Shown here: one piece after another, positions 12,765 to 26,281 of the stretch | Numbering within the stretch: the stretch's first letter is position 1 | Layout of the letters: each line of letters starts with the position of its first letter | Source: Antechinus flavipes | Lineage: Eukaryota | Assembly (NCBI RefSeq): GCF_016432865.1 | Contig: NC_067401.1 | Coordinates: 467,232,001 to 467,296,000 of the forward strand | DNA: 64,000 bases | Reading direction: 5' to 3' | The notes under the pieces: model-generated | What the model saw: the letters and a program-made list of their open reading frames with translations, nothing else | The model's database searches: none | What the model was told of the DNA's origin: nothing | Position numbers and translations under genes: made by a program

Positions 12765-13944
12765 GAATAATTTTGATTATATTAAATTTAAAAGATTTTA
12801 TACAAAGAAAACCAATGCAGCCAAGATTAGAAAGGAAGCATTGAAGTGAGGAGAAAAAAATACATGCAGGGCTCTGAAAAAGGCCTCATTTCTAAAATAT
12901 ATAGAAAATTGATTCAAATTTATAAGAATATAAGCCATTCTGTGATGGATAAAGTCAAAGGAAATGAAGAGATAGTTTTCAGATGAAGAAATTAAAGTCA
13001 TTTGTAGTAGCATGAAAAAATTATCTAAATCACTATTAGAGAAATCAAATTAAGATAATTCTGAGGTTCTACATATCTTTTAGATTGACTAAGATGACAG
13101 AAAAGATAAAGATGATTGTTCTAGGGGATATGGGAAAACTGGGATGCTAATGAATTGTTGGGAGAGTTGTGAATTGGTCCAACATTCTGAAGAACAATTT
13201 GGAATTATGCCCAAAGGCTACCAAGCTGTGCATCCCCTTTGATCCAGCAGTGTCTCTACTGAGTCTGTATCCTAAAGAGATCACAGAAAAGGGAAAAATG
13301 TGCCAAAATATTTGTGGCAGCCCTTTTTGTAGTGCAGGGAACTGGAAATTGAGTGGATGCCCATCAGCTGGGGAATGACTGAATAAATTATGGCATATGA
13401 GTGTAATGAATATAATTTTTCTATAAGAAATGATGAGCAGGATGATTTCAGAGAGGCTTGGAAAGACTTACATGAATTCACGCTAAGTGAACGAGAACCA
13501 AGAGGACACAGTACACGGCAACAACAAGATTATGTGATGATCGACTATGATGGACTCGGCTCTTTTCAACAATGAGGTGATTCAGCTCAATTCCAATAAA
13601 TTTGTGATGGAGAGAGCCATCTGCATCCAGAGAGAGGACTATGAGGAATCAGTGTGGATCACAACATAGTGTTTTCACCTTTTTTGTTGTTGTTTGCTTG
13701 CTTTTTTCCTTTCTCTTTTTTTTTTCCTTTTTGATTGGATTTTTTTTTTGTGCAGTATGATCACGTGGAAATATGTTTTAAAGAATTGCATGTGTTTAAC
13801 CTATATTAGATTACTTTCTGTCTAGGGGAGCAAGGTGAAGGGAAGGAAGGGAGAAAAATTTAAAACACAAGATTTTGCAAGCATGAATATTGGAAACTAT
13901 TTTTGCATGTATTCTAAAAATGAAAAGCTATTATTTAAAAAAAA
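12765..13944 (+). mobile_element. L1 LINE 3' fragment (ORF2 C-terminus plus 3'UTR)
   Basis: The degenerate ORF2 peptide NILKNNLELCPKATKLCIPFDPAVSLLSLYPKEI...NWKLSGCPSAGE is typical of marsupial L1. An L1 3'UTR and A-tail follow. Confidence 0.9.
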
Positions 13945-14269
13945 TTGCTTCTTCTGATGGTGACTTCTCTAAAGTATATTGTACATACCCTCCCTTGGTC
14001 TATTATGGCAAAACATTCTTCAAGCCTTCAAAGATCTAGTATTTTGATTGGGGAAGCCACCGTTCTCCATCCCCCCAGTAGCTTACAACCGCAGGTACCT
14101 AAAAATGCTGCCATCGTGCAACTGGGCAGGATAAGGAAGCTCTCGGAACTGAGTTTGAGGAGTTCTTGGACCACACACAATCAATACCCCCATCAGACCT
14201 GTGATACTTAAGGATCAACAAAGTCAATCTAAATACAAAAATCCCAATGAACAGAATGACCTATGGTCA

Positions 14270-14620
14270 CTGTGAAAGAACTGGAGATACTCAGCTTCGA
14301 GAAGAAAAAAACTGGGGTTGTGGTAGGACAGTTCTTGCCCTATTTGTTCTCAGAAGACAGGACCAGGAGCAAAGAGAAGAGGATATAAAAAGGAAGACTT
14401 AGGAAGAACTTCGGGGGGATGGGGAAGCAGTTCTAAGAATTGCAGCTGTCCAAAAGTGGAATTCAGTACCTCAAAGATGTAGCAGGATAGCCCGCATGGG
14501 ATCTCATTTAAGGCAAGGTTAGATAACCTCTTGTCAGTAGTGTCCTAAAGGAGTTTCTTGTTAGGATATGAACTGGACAAGATGATCATTGAGGTCATTT
14601 CTAATTGAAAGATTCTGATT
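14270..14620 (+). mobile_element. L3/CR1 3' fragment
   Basis: CR1-like 3' region ending GATGATCATTGAGGTCATTTCTAATTGAAAGATTCTGATT. Confidence 0.55.
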
Positions 14621-14627
14621 CGTTAGA

Positions 14628-15062
14628 TTAGGGGCTCTTAACCTGGAGTTTGTGAACTTCATTCATTCACTTATTTGGATGTTGATAACGATATCATTAT
14701 GATGAATTTCCTTTATTCTTTTAAGTGTTTTATTCTTTGCATTATCAATCAAATACCACTAATACAACTTAATAGTGTAGTGGATAGAGACTTGAACTTG
14801 GAATCAGCAAGACTCATTTTCCTTAGTTCAAATCCAATCTCAGAGACTAACTAACATTGTGATCCTGGGCAAGTCACTTTAATCCTATGTGTCAGGTCCT
14901 GTGTTAAGCACTAGATATCCAAAGAAAGGCAAAAAAAAAAAAAAAAATTAAAAAAAAAACTCCTGTTCTGAAAGAGTTCATGATATAGTTTAGAAACATT
15001 CTGAGAAGAGTTCCTTAAGCTTCACCAAAAGCTTCAAAAGGGTCCAATAAGAACTCCTGCTC
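14628..15062 (+). mobile_element. Probable hAT-type non-autonomous DNA transposon, interrupted by a MIR fragment and an L2 tail
   Basis: Termini AGGGGCTCTTAACCT...AAGAACTCCTG form imperfect inverted repeats; internal ATTCTGAGAAG motif. Related pieces occur at ~50750-50910 and ~54600-54760. Confidence 0.5.
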
Positions 15063-18000
15063 CAGTCTAATCTTACCTACTAACGACAAGGCTTTATCTG
15101 CTATTTCTATCTCCTTGTGTGCACAAGGTCTTCCCGTGAGCACATAACATGCCTTGAGAATAGGTCAGTTCCATTTTTGTTTATACCCTCAGTGCTTGAC
15201 TCATAACGAGTGCTTAATAAAATGCTTACCAATTGAATGATTGATGAGGAACATCCCACTGAGCATGACTGACAGGGTCTATTCATACACTCTGTCTCTA
15301 AATTCCCTTGTAAATGATCTATTTTCTACCTGAAATGTAAATGCATGTGTTGTTTGTGCTGTGAAGCTGTGAAGGGCCTCGCTATAGGCTATATCTGGCT
15401 ATGTCACCCCTAGTATTTAAACTAGAGGGAGATCCTCTGTCTAGGCTTTAGATTCAGGAGTCATAAAGCTGAGTCATTTATAACTATAAACTTAAATTCA
15501 GCCAATGAAAAATAAAGATATAGTCCTGACCACCTTTCACATGTGAATTAATTTTTTCAAATAAAGGTTCTAATTGTTAACTCTTTAATATGCCAGATAA
15601 TGGGTTTAAAAGCCATCCATATTTGGTATTTTAAACTTTTTAACTCTTTTTGACAATCAGGTGAAGCTTAAGGAACTCTCCTCAGAATGTTTCTAAACTA
15701 CATCATGAATTCTTTCAGAACAGGAGGGTGTTTTTTTTTTAATTTTGTTTTTTGCCTTTATTTCTATATCTCGTGCTTAGCACAGGGCCTGACACATAGG
15801 ATTAAGTGGGGACTTTAAAAAAAAGGTTGTAATGATGATGATTACAACTCTTAATCTTTATTGCTACTGCTGCTGCTGCTGTTTTAAGGAAATACCAAAT
15901 ATGGGTTTTAAACCCAATTATCTGGCATATAAAAGAGTTATATAAAATAAGTTTATTAAGTCCCTACTATGTTCCAGGCACTGAGTTATACCCTGGGAAC
16001 ACACAGAAAGATACAACAGTCCCTGCTCAAGAAACATACCATCTACTAGATTGGAACCTGAAGAGAATTTTAGCAATCATGTAATTTTATACATGAGGAA
16101 ACTGAGGCTGTGAAAATTTAAGTCACATTGGAAGCAAGCATATGATTGGTGTTTTGCACCGAGGTCCTCTTAGGTTCCTATTGTTATATCATGAGAATCT
16201 CATTGCTATCATTATACACATGGTGGTTGTTTATAATATGGAAACCAATGGCCATAGAGGTGATGACTTGCCCAGCGTCTTTGGAGGATGAATCTGGAAG
16301 TTGGAAGAGGTCATTGAAAAAGTGGTTCCTGACCCAACCAGGGATCACATAGGACATTGATGCTCTCTAAGCGTGATCCATGCATGCATTTGCAATGGAA
16401 AAAAAAATAAAGCTTTGGAGAAGCAGTTCCCATTTGGCCAAGAATCTATCTGGGACCAGCCTTGTGTTTTAGTATGCAAGTTTCTAGCAGATTGCTCAGG
16501 AAGGGGATTATCTGATTGGTGATAGTCTCTCAGTCGTTTGGGTCTTGGCAGCCCACGGACATTGGGTGAGTGACCTTTGGATTATGTCCTTTCTATCCTT
16601 TACTGAGGGCTTCCCTTCCATTGCCCACAGGAGCATTACCCATCTCAATCGCTGCCTGAGCTTTTCCCTATTTGCTACACCTACAGGCAGGGAAGTTAGC
16701 GTGGAAATAGATCTGATGCTTGGGGTTCGGGACCTAATTCACCTTTAGCATGTAGTCCTTGACCCTGAGCTTCAGTTTTTTCATCTTAAGATGAGAGGGC
16801 TGGACTTGGTGCTCATTCCCACCCATTTCTGTACTCATGAGCCCATGACCCTTGTCCAAGGAAGACTATGACATGGGATCTCCTGAATTGAGAGCCCAAA
16901 GAGATCTCAGAAGTCAAAGAAGCTACCACTCCCATTTTACAGATGAGGAAACTGAGGTACAGGGAGGTTAAATTCACTGCTAAGAATCACACAGCCAGTA
17001 AGTATCCAAGATAGGATTTAAACCCAGATTTTCCTCACTTCTTTGTCATGTCCAAATAAATGTAGTCAGTGGTTCTTTGGTCCTGTCCTTCAATAATTCT
17101 GCCCACGATCAAGTCTGAATCTATGAGAGTCATAATTTTTCCAGTATAAACTTGGAAATATTTTTCATTTGTCCCTCCCCCTTAGGGTACACTTAAACTT
17201 ATCCTGGTATTTCTTAATTCCCATTATCCATTTTTATAAGTCACAGAGCTACTTTCGTAGCTCATGTCTTGACAGCAATAACAACCAAAAAAAAAAAAAA
17301 AAAAGTCCTCCACTCTCTTCATTCTCTCCAGAGACTCAGATTCTGACATCGAAGCCATAACACAAAGCGGAGATAAGCAACACAGATTATTTGGAGCTGG
17401 GGGTGCCGAATGTGTAACTGGAGACTAATAAGATTCTTCCATATTCCCCAAACAGTTCCCATCTTGGGCTTGGGAGCAGAGGTACAGAAAGGTGGCTAGA
17501 GAAATGCTTTTTGGAAAATGATACCATTCAGTTGTTATTCTGGCCCCTGCGTGGAGACTTTTATGAAAGTTTAGCAAGGGAGAAAAATCAACCCAACGAC
17601 AACCCCCCCCCAAAACTCAAGCAGACTCGTTGAAGAAATGACCAGAATGTATCTGGCCAAGAGTTCAGATGTGAAAGCAGCAGGGAGCTAGATAATGAGC
17701 CAAGTGTATTTTCCCATCAACAGCTGTGAAGGCTGGAGTCCCAAAGCAAACATTAGCGATGAAGCTCTTAGATGGATTTGAGACACCATGTGCGGAGCTT
17801 GGTTCCATTAAAAACAAAGGGCGCATGGGATGTAAAATAGCCGATTCTTCATACTCTGGGGGGTTGGGAGGGCAACCTACCCAGGCTCCTCAGATTCTTC
17901 TTTTCTCAAGCTCAAGAAGGGGAAATGAGCACTTGTTTTCTCAAAACCGTGTGAGTACATGGGATGAAATGAAAGCCTGGAAGCCTTTAGATCCCTTTCC

Positions 18001-18289
18001 TTTAGAAAAAAAAAAAAAAAAAAAAAAAAAGAAAGGAAAAGGAAAAGGAAAAAAAAACACACACACAAGATCTAGTTGCCTAGGGATGAACAGACAATCA
18101 TTTGAAATAGGTCCGAAATGCTACAAGAAGGGATTTACTTCATGTACTTACAGGGGATTCTACATAATTTTCTGACTTATCTCGGGCCCCAGCCTGCATG
18201 ATTCAGGGAATACTAACGACCACGTCTGAGACTGGATTTAATAAGCATTTATTAAGTAGCTTCTACGTGTCAGTTGATTGACACAGCTT

Positions 18290-19426
18290 GGTTAGCTTCC
18301 TTTGTGCTATATTCCAAATATTGATACTCCACTATAATACTCCATATTTATATAACACTATAGTTTACAAAGGACTTTCCTAGCCAAAAATAATAATAAT
18401 AATAATAATAAAAAATAAAAAACTCACATGGGGGTTTCTTCTTTTTGTGCAATGACTGATAATATATGAACAATATATGAATGAATGATAGCAATACTTA
18501 CCTTATCTGAAGTTCAGATGGATAAAGTGATTCATCCCACACCATTCACAGAATAAGAAACAGAGATGGTCTCAGATTTTGGTCTTTAAATGTCAGATCC
18601 AGTCCCTTCCCCACTCATCAACAGCACTGTCAAACAGACAATGTAGTCTTAAGCAGCTAGATTTGGAGACCAAGAATATGGCTTCAAATCCAAACTTCAT
18701 TGAGCCTTGATTCTGGATTTACACAGATAAAAGCTAAACAGTTCTGACCCTCAACAGGCCGCGGCAGGTAGCCTACAAAGAGCTAGGCCTCCAGTCTCTG
18801 GCAAAGTCTTGGGATCAGTGCATTAAACTTGGGAATCATCTTGGTCCCAGGTGATGCCTCATTTGGCAACACCTTGAGCCTCAGTTTCTCCTTTGGTGAA
18901 ATAGAGAGAGTAGCATTCATGTGTGCAAGGATCGGGGATGACAGACATAGAGCTGGGAGTGACTGCAGAAGCAAAGAAAGAGAAATCTAGAGAACTGAAG
19001 GCCCAAATGAAGCTTGGATCTGAAGCCATGTTTTTAAGAGGTCTCCAAATCTAGCTCCTTTGGACTACATTGTCTTTTTGACAGTTCTGTTGTCTGTCTG
19101 TCTGTCTGACTGTCAAACAGTTCTGTTGATGAATGGAGAAGGGACTGGATCTGACATCTAAAGACCAGAACTGAGGCCATCTCTGCTTCTTACATACTTC
19201 TTTTGTACGATGTATGATAAGTCACTCCATCCATCTGAACTTTAAGGTAAATATTGCTATTGTTTATTCATATATTGTTTATATATTATTGTTCATTTCA
19301 CAATAAAAAACCTCTGTAAAGAGTTTTGGTCAGGAAAGTCCTTAGCAACTATAGAGAGTTATAATATAAATATGATTATTAATAATAGATTATTAATATT
19401 TAAAATATAGCACAGAGGAAGTCACC
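18290..19426. repeat. Long imperfect inverted repeat (arms ~18290-18720 and ~18983-19426, spacer ~260 bp)
   Basis: Left-arm AGATGGTCTCAGATTTTGGTCTTTAAATGTCAGATCCAGTCCCTT matches the reverse complement of the right arm AGATGGCCTCAGTTCTGGTCTTTAGATGTCAGATCCAGTCCCTT. Collinear matches also occur at CTTCCT(T/C)TGTGCTATATT, AAGGACTTTCCT, AACAATATATGAAT, AAGTTCAGATGGAT and GCTAGATTTGGAGACC. Confidence 0.93.
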
Positions 19427-19823
19427 GATAAGAAAATGCATTGGGCTCTCCAAAAAAAAAAAAAAATAGGACTACAGGCCATAGTAATCACTTCCCAGTT
19501 TTTTAATTGATCCTTTAAGGGGAAGGTAAAATTACAAGGGAGGAGCGGGCTCAAGACACCCTGGGGATTGTTCAGTCCAGGGATTCTGCAGCCAAGTTTT
19601 ATAGCGTAAGTAACTTCTTATTGGGATGAAAAGAAAAGAATATATCAGTGAAGAAACAGGAATACCTTTGATTTGTCATTGCAAGTATAGCCAGGACATC
19701 AGGAAGAATTTTACACTAGTAAGTAATCATGAGACTTTCCACATAAAGGAAGTGGAAGTCCTGAGGCAGGTTGGAATCTCTTTTTAAATTATGGGATTAT
19801 GGGTTAGGATTACATATTCCTTA

Positions 19824-20030
19824 TATTCAAAGTTCTCCTCAAGCTTAAACAGTCCCTGTTCTAAGCCCCCTCATTGCCCTGACATCCCCTATTCTAAGAC
19901 CCCTCCCAGCTCTGACATCCCTTGTTCTCAGAACCTCCCAGTTCTGACCTTCCCCGTTCAAGGCTCCTCCCTGCTCTGACATCTCCTATTCTAAGACCCT
20001 TCCAAGGCCTGATTTTCCCATTCTGAAGAC
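19824..20030. repeat. ~33 bp minisatellite (~6 copies) at an L3-type 3' end
   Basis: Units such as TTCTAAGACCCCTCCCAGCTCTGACATCCCTTG and TTCTCAGAACCTCCCAGTTCTGACCTTCCCCG. Confidence 0.85.
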
Positions 20031-20519
20031 ATCATGTGAGAAAGGAAACCTAAAATGCTTCCTGAATGAGAGTTTTCTTTATGATTCACGTCTATTTCCT
20101 GACTTCCTCACTTGTCTGTGCTCTCCCTGATATTGTTTTGTTTTATAAATAAGAATTATCTTATAAAAATATTTCTATTTTCTATTTTTGCTTCATCTTC
20201 TTTTCCAACATATCCACCTCCCAAATCCATTTCATACCCGGCCAATGTTCCTTTGTAAGAAAGATTAAAAATAATGAGGAAAGAGACAGCTAGGTCAATG
20301 CTTCAGCTGAGTCTCGCAGATGTTATAGTACCCCCCTCCCCAGTTGCAAAGACAGGAGGGAGAAATGTTAGCCCATTTCTTAATCAAACCCAAATTTGGT
20401 CCTATTATCACAGAGCATCCTTCTATTTTGCCTGCCCAATAGAATGTAAGCATCTTGAGGGCAGGGGCTTTTTGCCCCCAGTAGCCAGCAGAGTCTCTGG
20501 AATAGAGCAGATGTGCTGG

Positions 20520-21130
20520 AAGGAAGGGTTTGGTTTATAGGTTGAAGCGAATGGCATTCCATGCTTTCCCACAGCTGGAAGCACAAGCTTCCTTCACTGA
20601 AGCACTCAGAGCCCCCCAGCTCCTGCTCCTCAGCTCCCCCGGCAGAGGAGAGGGCAGCCCCCACGGTTTCAGATTCAGTCTGGCTGCCCGCCCAGTCAGC
20701 AAAGGCCGAACACCCCAGCCAAGGCTTGTGGCCAGCTCCTGACGGCCCAGAGAAACGGCGCAAACAGCAAGTCTTTCCAAGGGATGCTCGGGTCCTGGGA
20801 AAAAGCAGGCCAGATGGGTCCTGCTCCCTCAGATCTACTGGATGCCGCATCCGCTGTGCTGCTGTGCCGGCAGCTGCCCACTGTCTAAGCCGCGGTGGGT
20901 TCCTGGGACTCCACCTCCACTTACAACAATAAACTGTGAAGCACATAAACAGATTCCTTCCCTCCTTTGCTTCTGATCCCAAGCCAGGCCCTGCAGGAGC
21001 TGCCCTAGTTTTATCTGCTCAGACACTGACACCACCTTCCGCCCTCCCCATCCCTTCCTGGTTCTCCCTGCCCGGTTTGGTCAGCTCCTTCCAGCCAGCC
21101 CTCCCTTTCCTGTCCGCTGGCCTTTTTTAA
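20520..21130. promoter_or_regulatory. GC/CpG-enriched non-repetitive block, candidate regulatory element
   Basis: Roughly 15-20 CpGs in 600 bp against a CpG-poor background; CAGCTG E-boxes; GCAAACA forkhead-like motif. Confidence 0.3.
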
Positions 21131-23361
21131 CTTTTCTCAAGAACTGCCCCTCCCTCGTCTCCTTGGACTTCTGATACCCAGATGAACGGTCTGGGGTTAA
21201 TGCTCAGTCTGGCTCAGAGGTACTCCTTGAGCTGGAAAGGATTTCCCAAACCAAGCAATGATGTTCCAGGCTGGTGGCGGCCAAAGGACACTGCTGCATT
21301 TACCACCCCAGGCAGCCAAAGGCCATCACAATCTGGCGTCCTGGAAAGAATGAGCTCAAGAGCCTTGGTTTGCGTCTGGGCCTAACATTTACTGTTTCTC
21401 CACACAGTTTCTCTTTGGCATCGAGTTAACTATTATAAGTTAGATTTGAACACAGGTCCTCTGACTCCCCAAAATGTCAGAAATAAGAGAATTTGCACTA
21501 ATATAGTTGTTGGGAGGTTCAAATGCATTAGAATTTCCCCAATTTGCCTAAAAGGTGATGTGTGAAGAAGAACAATCATTAAGCTAAATGAATTCTTACT
21601 TTGGGAATATTCAAGTTGGGGGAGATGAATACTTTTAAAAGAAGTTTTTTTTTTTTTTTTTTAAAGAAGGTCAATGCAACATGGGATTGGGAAAAAAAAA
21701 AAAAAAACTATTTGGGAAATAATGCAGGGCCACCAGCACAACCTGAGCGCTTTCTGATTTTTTCTGGAGTCCACAAGGTCTACATATATAGAGAGCCACT
21801 TACAGCAATCGTACAGAATCAATGTTCCACTACAAAAATAATTATAACTTCTCATTTAATCATAAAAATAAAACTCTAGAAAGCAGTCAGGGTGAACATT
21901 TCTCCCTACAGTCCCTCTCTGTATCACTTCCATCAATAATCCATCAATAAGTATTTTTATTAATCATGGATTATGAGCCAGGTACTAGGGATTAAAAAAA
22001 AATGAAACAAGCTCTGCTTTCTTGGAGTTTATATTCTATCTCTATTCCCACTCTCCTATTATTCTGGATCTTTTTGTTGGGTCCATAATGAAGTATTACT
22101 GATAAGAGAGACTGCATTTTGTACACTTGTTTTACTTGGCTTGAAGAGCCCAAAGAGCAGGTCCCCAAAAGTCTAGTTGATCTATCCCAGGATGGAAACC
22201 ACTGGGTAAGATGTCACCATGGGTTAGATTATTGAAAGGAAGTCACAATATTGCATTGCCTTTTTATGCAAGGATGAGACTAAAAACACAGATAAACAAA
22301 GAGATATGAAAATGTACAGTATTTGCCATAATAAAGTCATCCTATGATTCCTCATTAAAATATTGCGGAAAGGTTCATGACTAGAATTATGTCTCACTCA
22401 GAAAAATATTTCAGGAAAACTCTAATAGCTATGTTTACACCAATCGCTCCTTTCCAAGCTTCTCATCACCCACAGCATCTTCTCCAACACACATATCCTT
22501 TTCTTGCTCTTTCCTTCTTTGCTTGTTCTTCCTACTCAAGTTCTAGAACGATGATCATAATCAAATCTACTTTGGCCATTGTTCCTGGATGGGACCACAT
22601 CATGGCCTTATTCACTATGTCTATAACTTTTTGGACTAACATGTCCATTTCTGGTCATTATTGGGCTATTCTACATAGATTCCTGAGTTCCAGTGTCTGC
22701 ACTGATTTTGATTATTAGAATCTCTTCTAGGAAGGAGAAAAAAGCTAAAGAAAATTGACACTGAGACACTATTGTGGAATGACTAGAAAAAGTCTAAGCT
22801 ACATTTAGACCCTTTTCAACTTGGTAGAGGTAATGGGTGTTGTCATTGCTCAAGCAGACTGATGGCTGGGAGCCAGAGAAGATGGGAAATCTGAATGTTA
22901 AACCACAGACTAGGCAAATTCTTCCATGCTAATCAAGTATGATCCAAGAGGAAAGAAAACGACAGCTCCTTCCTCTCCCCCTTTCCATTTTAAAGAGGGA
23001 AGCAACTGTCTAAGGCATTATCTACTCACTTTCACCTGTCTTTCTTCTCCATCCAACCTCCCAGCCTGCTTCCATATTTACTTTGATTTTTTTTTTTTTT
23101 GCTATGATGTGAGAAATCTCCAGAACCTGGGAAGGTTTGTTTTCTTTTAAATGTTTACCTCTATATCTAATTTTTTTAAATGTGATAAACTCATTGGTTA
23201 ATAAAAATCTAAGATGTTTGATGTGTTTTATTTAAATTGTTAAGATATATGTAAGACTAAATAGAAATTTTCCTTCTGGAAAATGGAAGATACATTATTC
23301 AACTGTGCTGAATTGAAAGCTAAGTTGGGGGGGGAGGTGAAAGGAAGGGAAGGATTTGTGT

Positions 23362-23500
23362 NNNNNNNNNNNNNNNNNNNNNNNNNNNNNNNNNNNNNNN
23401 NNNNNNNNNNNNNNNNNNNNNNNNNNNNNNNNNNNNNNNNNNNNNNNNNNNNNNNNNNNNNNNNNNNNNNNNNNNNNNNNNNNNNNNNNNNNNNNNNNNN
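23362..23500. other. Assembly gap (139 N)
   Basis: N run flanked by purine-rich low-complexity sequence. Confidence 1.
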
Positions 23501-24106
23501 AGTAAAAAATGAAGGAAAAAGGGAGGAAACAAAGGAGAAGGAGGGAAAGAAAGAAAATAAAGAGATGGAGAAGAGAGAAAAAAGAAATATTTAGGACCAA
23601 ATAATGAAATATATGGACACTAGACTCATGTTTACTTTTTCTTTTTAAGAGAAAATAAAACAAAATAAAACAAACACAACAACAAACTACTTAAGAAAAG
23701 CTGTACACTAGAGCACCTTGTCCCCCCCTACTGAGGGTAGCTTCCTGGAAGAAAGGAACAAAGCTTTCACCTAGGGGTCTTTAGGCTAGTTGAGGACTTC
23801 AATTGCACATGTGCCATTGGCCAAGTTACTCTAACAGCAGCCCAATGATGCCTCCAGAGCCCACTCACAAGTGCCTCCTCGAGGTTAGATCTGGAAAATG
23901 AGAATAACTGTCCCAACTCTATCATTGGTTAGTTGAGAACATGGCGTACCAGATAAATGACATAATAGTATTTCATAAAGTAGTATATAAGAATACCTAC
24001 TTAATCTCTTCTTGAATCAACTGTGTATACATATATGTATATATACACATACATCAACAACATATACATATTATATGTAGACATACAGACACATATGCAT
24101 ATATAT

Positions 24107-24278
24107 GTGGTTCAGGGGATAGAGTGCCAGACATGGAGTCAGGAGGGCCTGAGTTCAAATCTGTCTGACCATGGGCAGCTCACTTAATCCTGTTTGCTTC
24201 AGTTGAAAAGCAGTCCAGTATCTTTGCGAAGAAAACCACAAATAATGTCATAGAGAGTCAGACACAAATGTATTAACA
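24107..24278 (+). mobile_element. Mar1-type CORE-SINE
   Basis: Head GATAGAGTGCCAGACATGGAGTCAGGAGGGCCTGAGTTCAAATC; tail CCAGTATCTTTGCGAAGAAAACC...GAGAGTCAGACAC. Confidence 0.65.
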
Positions 24279-26281
24279 ATTTAAAAAAAAAAAAGCCTCT
24301 CTCTCTCTTCCCCTCTTTTCATCTTTCTGTGCCTGTCTCTGATTTTGTCTCTATCTCCCCTTTTCCCCTTCTCTTCCCTCACTCTCTCTCTCTTCTTCCC
24401 TTTCTCTTCTTTTTTTTTCTCCCCCTCCCTCCTTCTTTTCCTGTCTGTTTCTATCTCTGTCTCTGTCTCATTCTCTCACTCCTTTCTTTCCCTCTCTCTA
24501 TCAAAACACATCATATATTTCCTTCTCAAAACTCAGTTTCTTTGAAAAGAGTGAACAGAGAAAGTTGGTGTACTTGACCATTCACTAGCACAAAGTCATC
24601 TTTGCCTGGGGGGATTCAGGCTCCTGGTTCCTTGCCATGCTGGCTATGACTGTTCTTTCATCATCCAAAAAGAAAATCTTGTCTAAAATCAATCCTGATC
24701 TAGGAGCAGACAGAGCCGCCTCGGCATCATGATTGCAGCCAGTTCCACATTTTGGCAAAGAAGGAGAAATCTGGAATCAAACGCACGCACATGCTGAAGC
24801 TCAGTGTGAGGTTAAATCTTGGCTGAAAACTTGTCATGCAGAGGAAGCAGGGAGGATACAGACCTTGGGTCTTTGTGGTAGACCCGTTTCAGATCCAGAC
24901 ATGACTCAATGAAAAATACCGCTATTTTCCTGCTTCATCCAGGTTTCTCTGTGGAGGGTGGAGAGCATGGAGTGGCGGGGTCTCTTTCTTAGTAGTCACT
25001 CACTCACTCAGCAAGCATTCACTGAAGAAGCCCTCACTGCCTTCGCTTCTCAAGCAGATGTTGCCATGGTTCCCTTGGGAAAGGTACCGGGTGAGTATAG
25101 ACCTCTGTTACTATCTTTCCAGACATCTGGGTACCAAGAAGCAAGAACCAACATGGAATCAGATTCAGATTGATTTCATAAGCTCTGGAAATTGACAGGA
25201 GCAAGAGAGGGGATCAGAAGTGCCCAGAGTCCAGACAGATCTCCTGCTATCAGTCTGGCCATCTTCTAACCACCTGTGGCCAGACTAAATAACTAACCAG
25301 CAGCAAAAGAATAAAGGTGGTTTTCCTTCTGGTTGTTTGATCACTAAATAAGTCTTCTTCCTCCTTTGTGGAACATGACAGACCATCATGATGCTATGGA
25401 TGTGCTGTGCCTCCTCTAATATATAAAATATATATGTATAATTGTATATGTATATATTATTATTTATAAAATGTGATTTATATGTAAATATACTAGCATG
25501 CATATAAGATACATTATACACACATATACAGGCATATGTGTATATACACACACATATAATAGCATTATAGCATAAATATAATAGTAGCTTGTGTACATAC
25601 ACACATAATACACCTATTATAAGTTATATGCACATATTGTCTTTATTAATAATATATAAACTTCTTGAGCACAGAAAATATTCCCTTTTGCTTTTCATAT
25701 CCTCAAAAAGACCTAGCATGGTGCTTCGAAAATCGTATGTATTTAATAAATGTTTTTAATAGATTGGTGGACTGGGTTGTAATCTTTTCCACATGGACAT
25801 TATTAAAGAGTAATAATCATTTAATGCAGTAGCAAAACATGGCTGGACAAAATATATTAACTGCTTGGAAAAGGACTTTTTAGGGAAGATATTATGTGAA
25901 AGAGGAGGTGGGTTTGTGTAGGAAGGGTTGGGGAGTGTTAGACAGTAATACTATAATAGAAATAATATGGGACTGGGGGTCAGTCAGCCTAGGTTTAACT
26001 GTCAGAGCTGCCATTTGCAAACAAACTTGGGAAGTCACTTCATCTCTCTGGGCTTCAGGCTTTTTCTTCTGTAAAGTGAAAGAGCTGATTTCTTTGAAAT
26101 TGGAATCCATGATCCATAGGGACACAGATTATAAATGTCAAGATTATATGACATTATATATCATTTTAAGGTATTTTGAGGAATCTGGGAATGGGATGGT
26201 TGAGCCGTATCTGCCACTATAACCGTGCAAAGTACATCTCTAAGACTATGATGCCAAAGGCCTGCTTTTGACATGGCTGTC

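Noticed and set aside
20380-20982. 200-aa minus-strand ORF as a nested gene
   Set aside because: No recognisable domain or splice architecture; long ORFs are expected by chance in a GC-rich block.
25285-25602. 105-aa minus ORF as a further FGGY exon
   Set aside because: The first half is (TA/CA)-rich low-complexity sequence, and the peptide does not match the FGGY sequence following HAGGLG.
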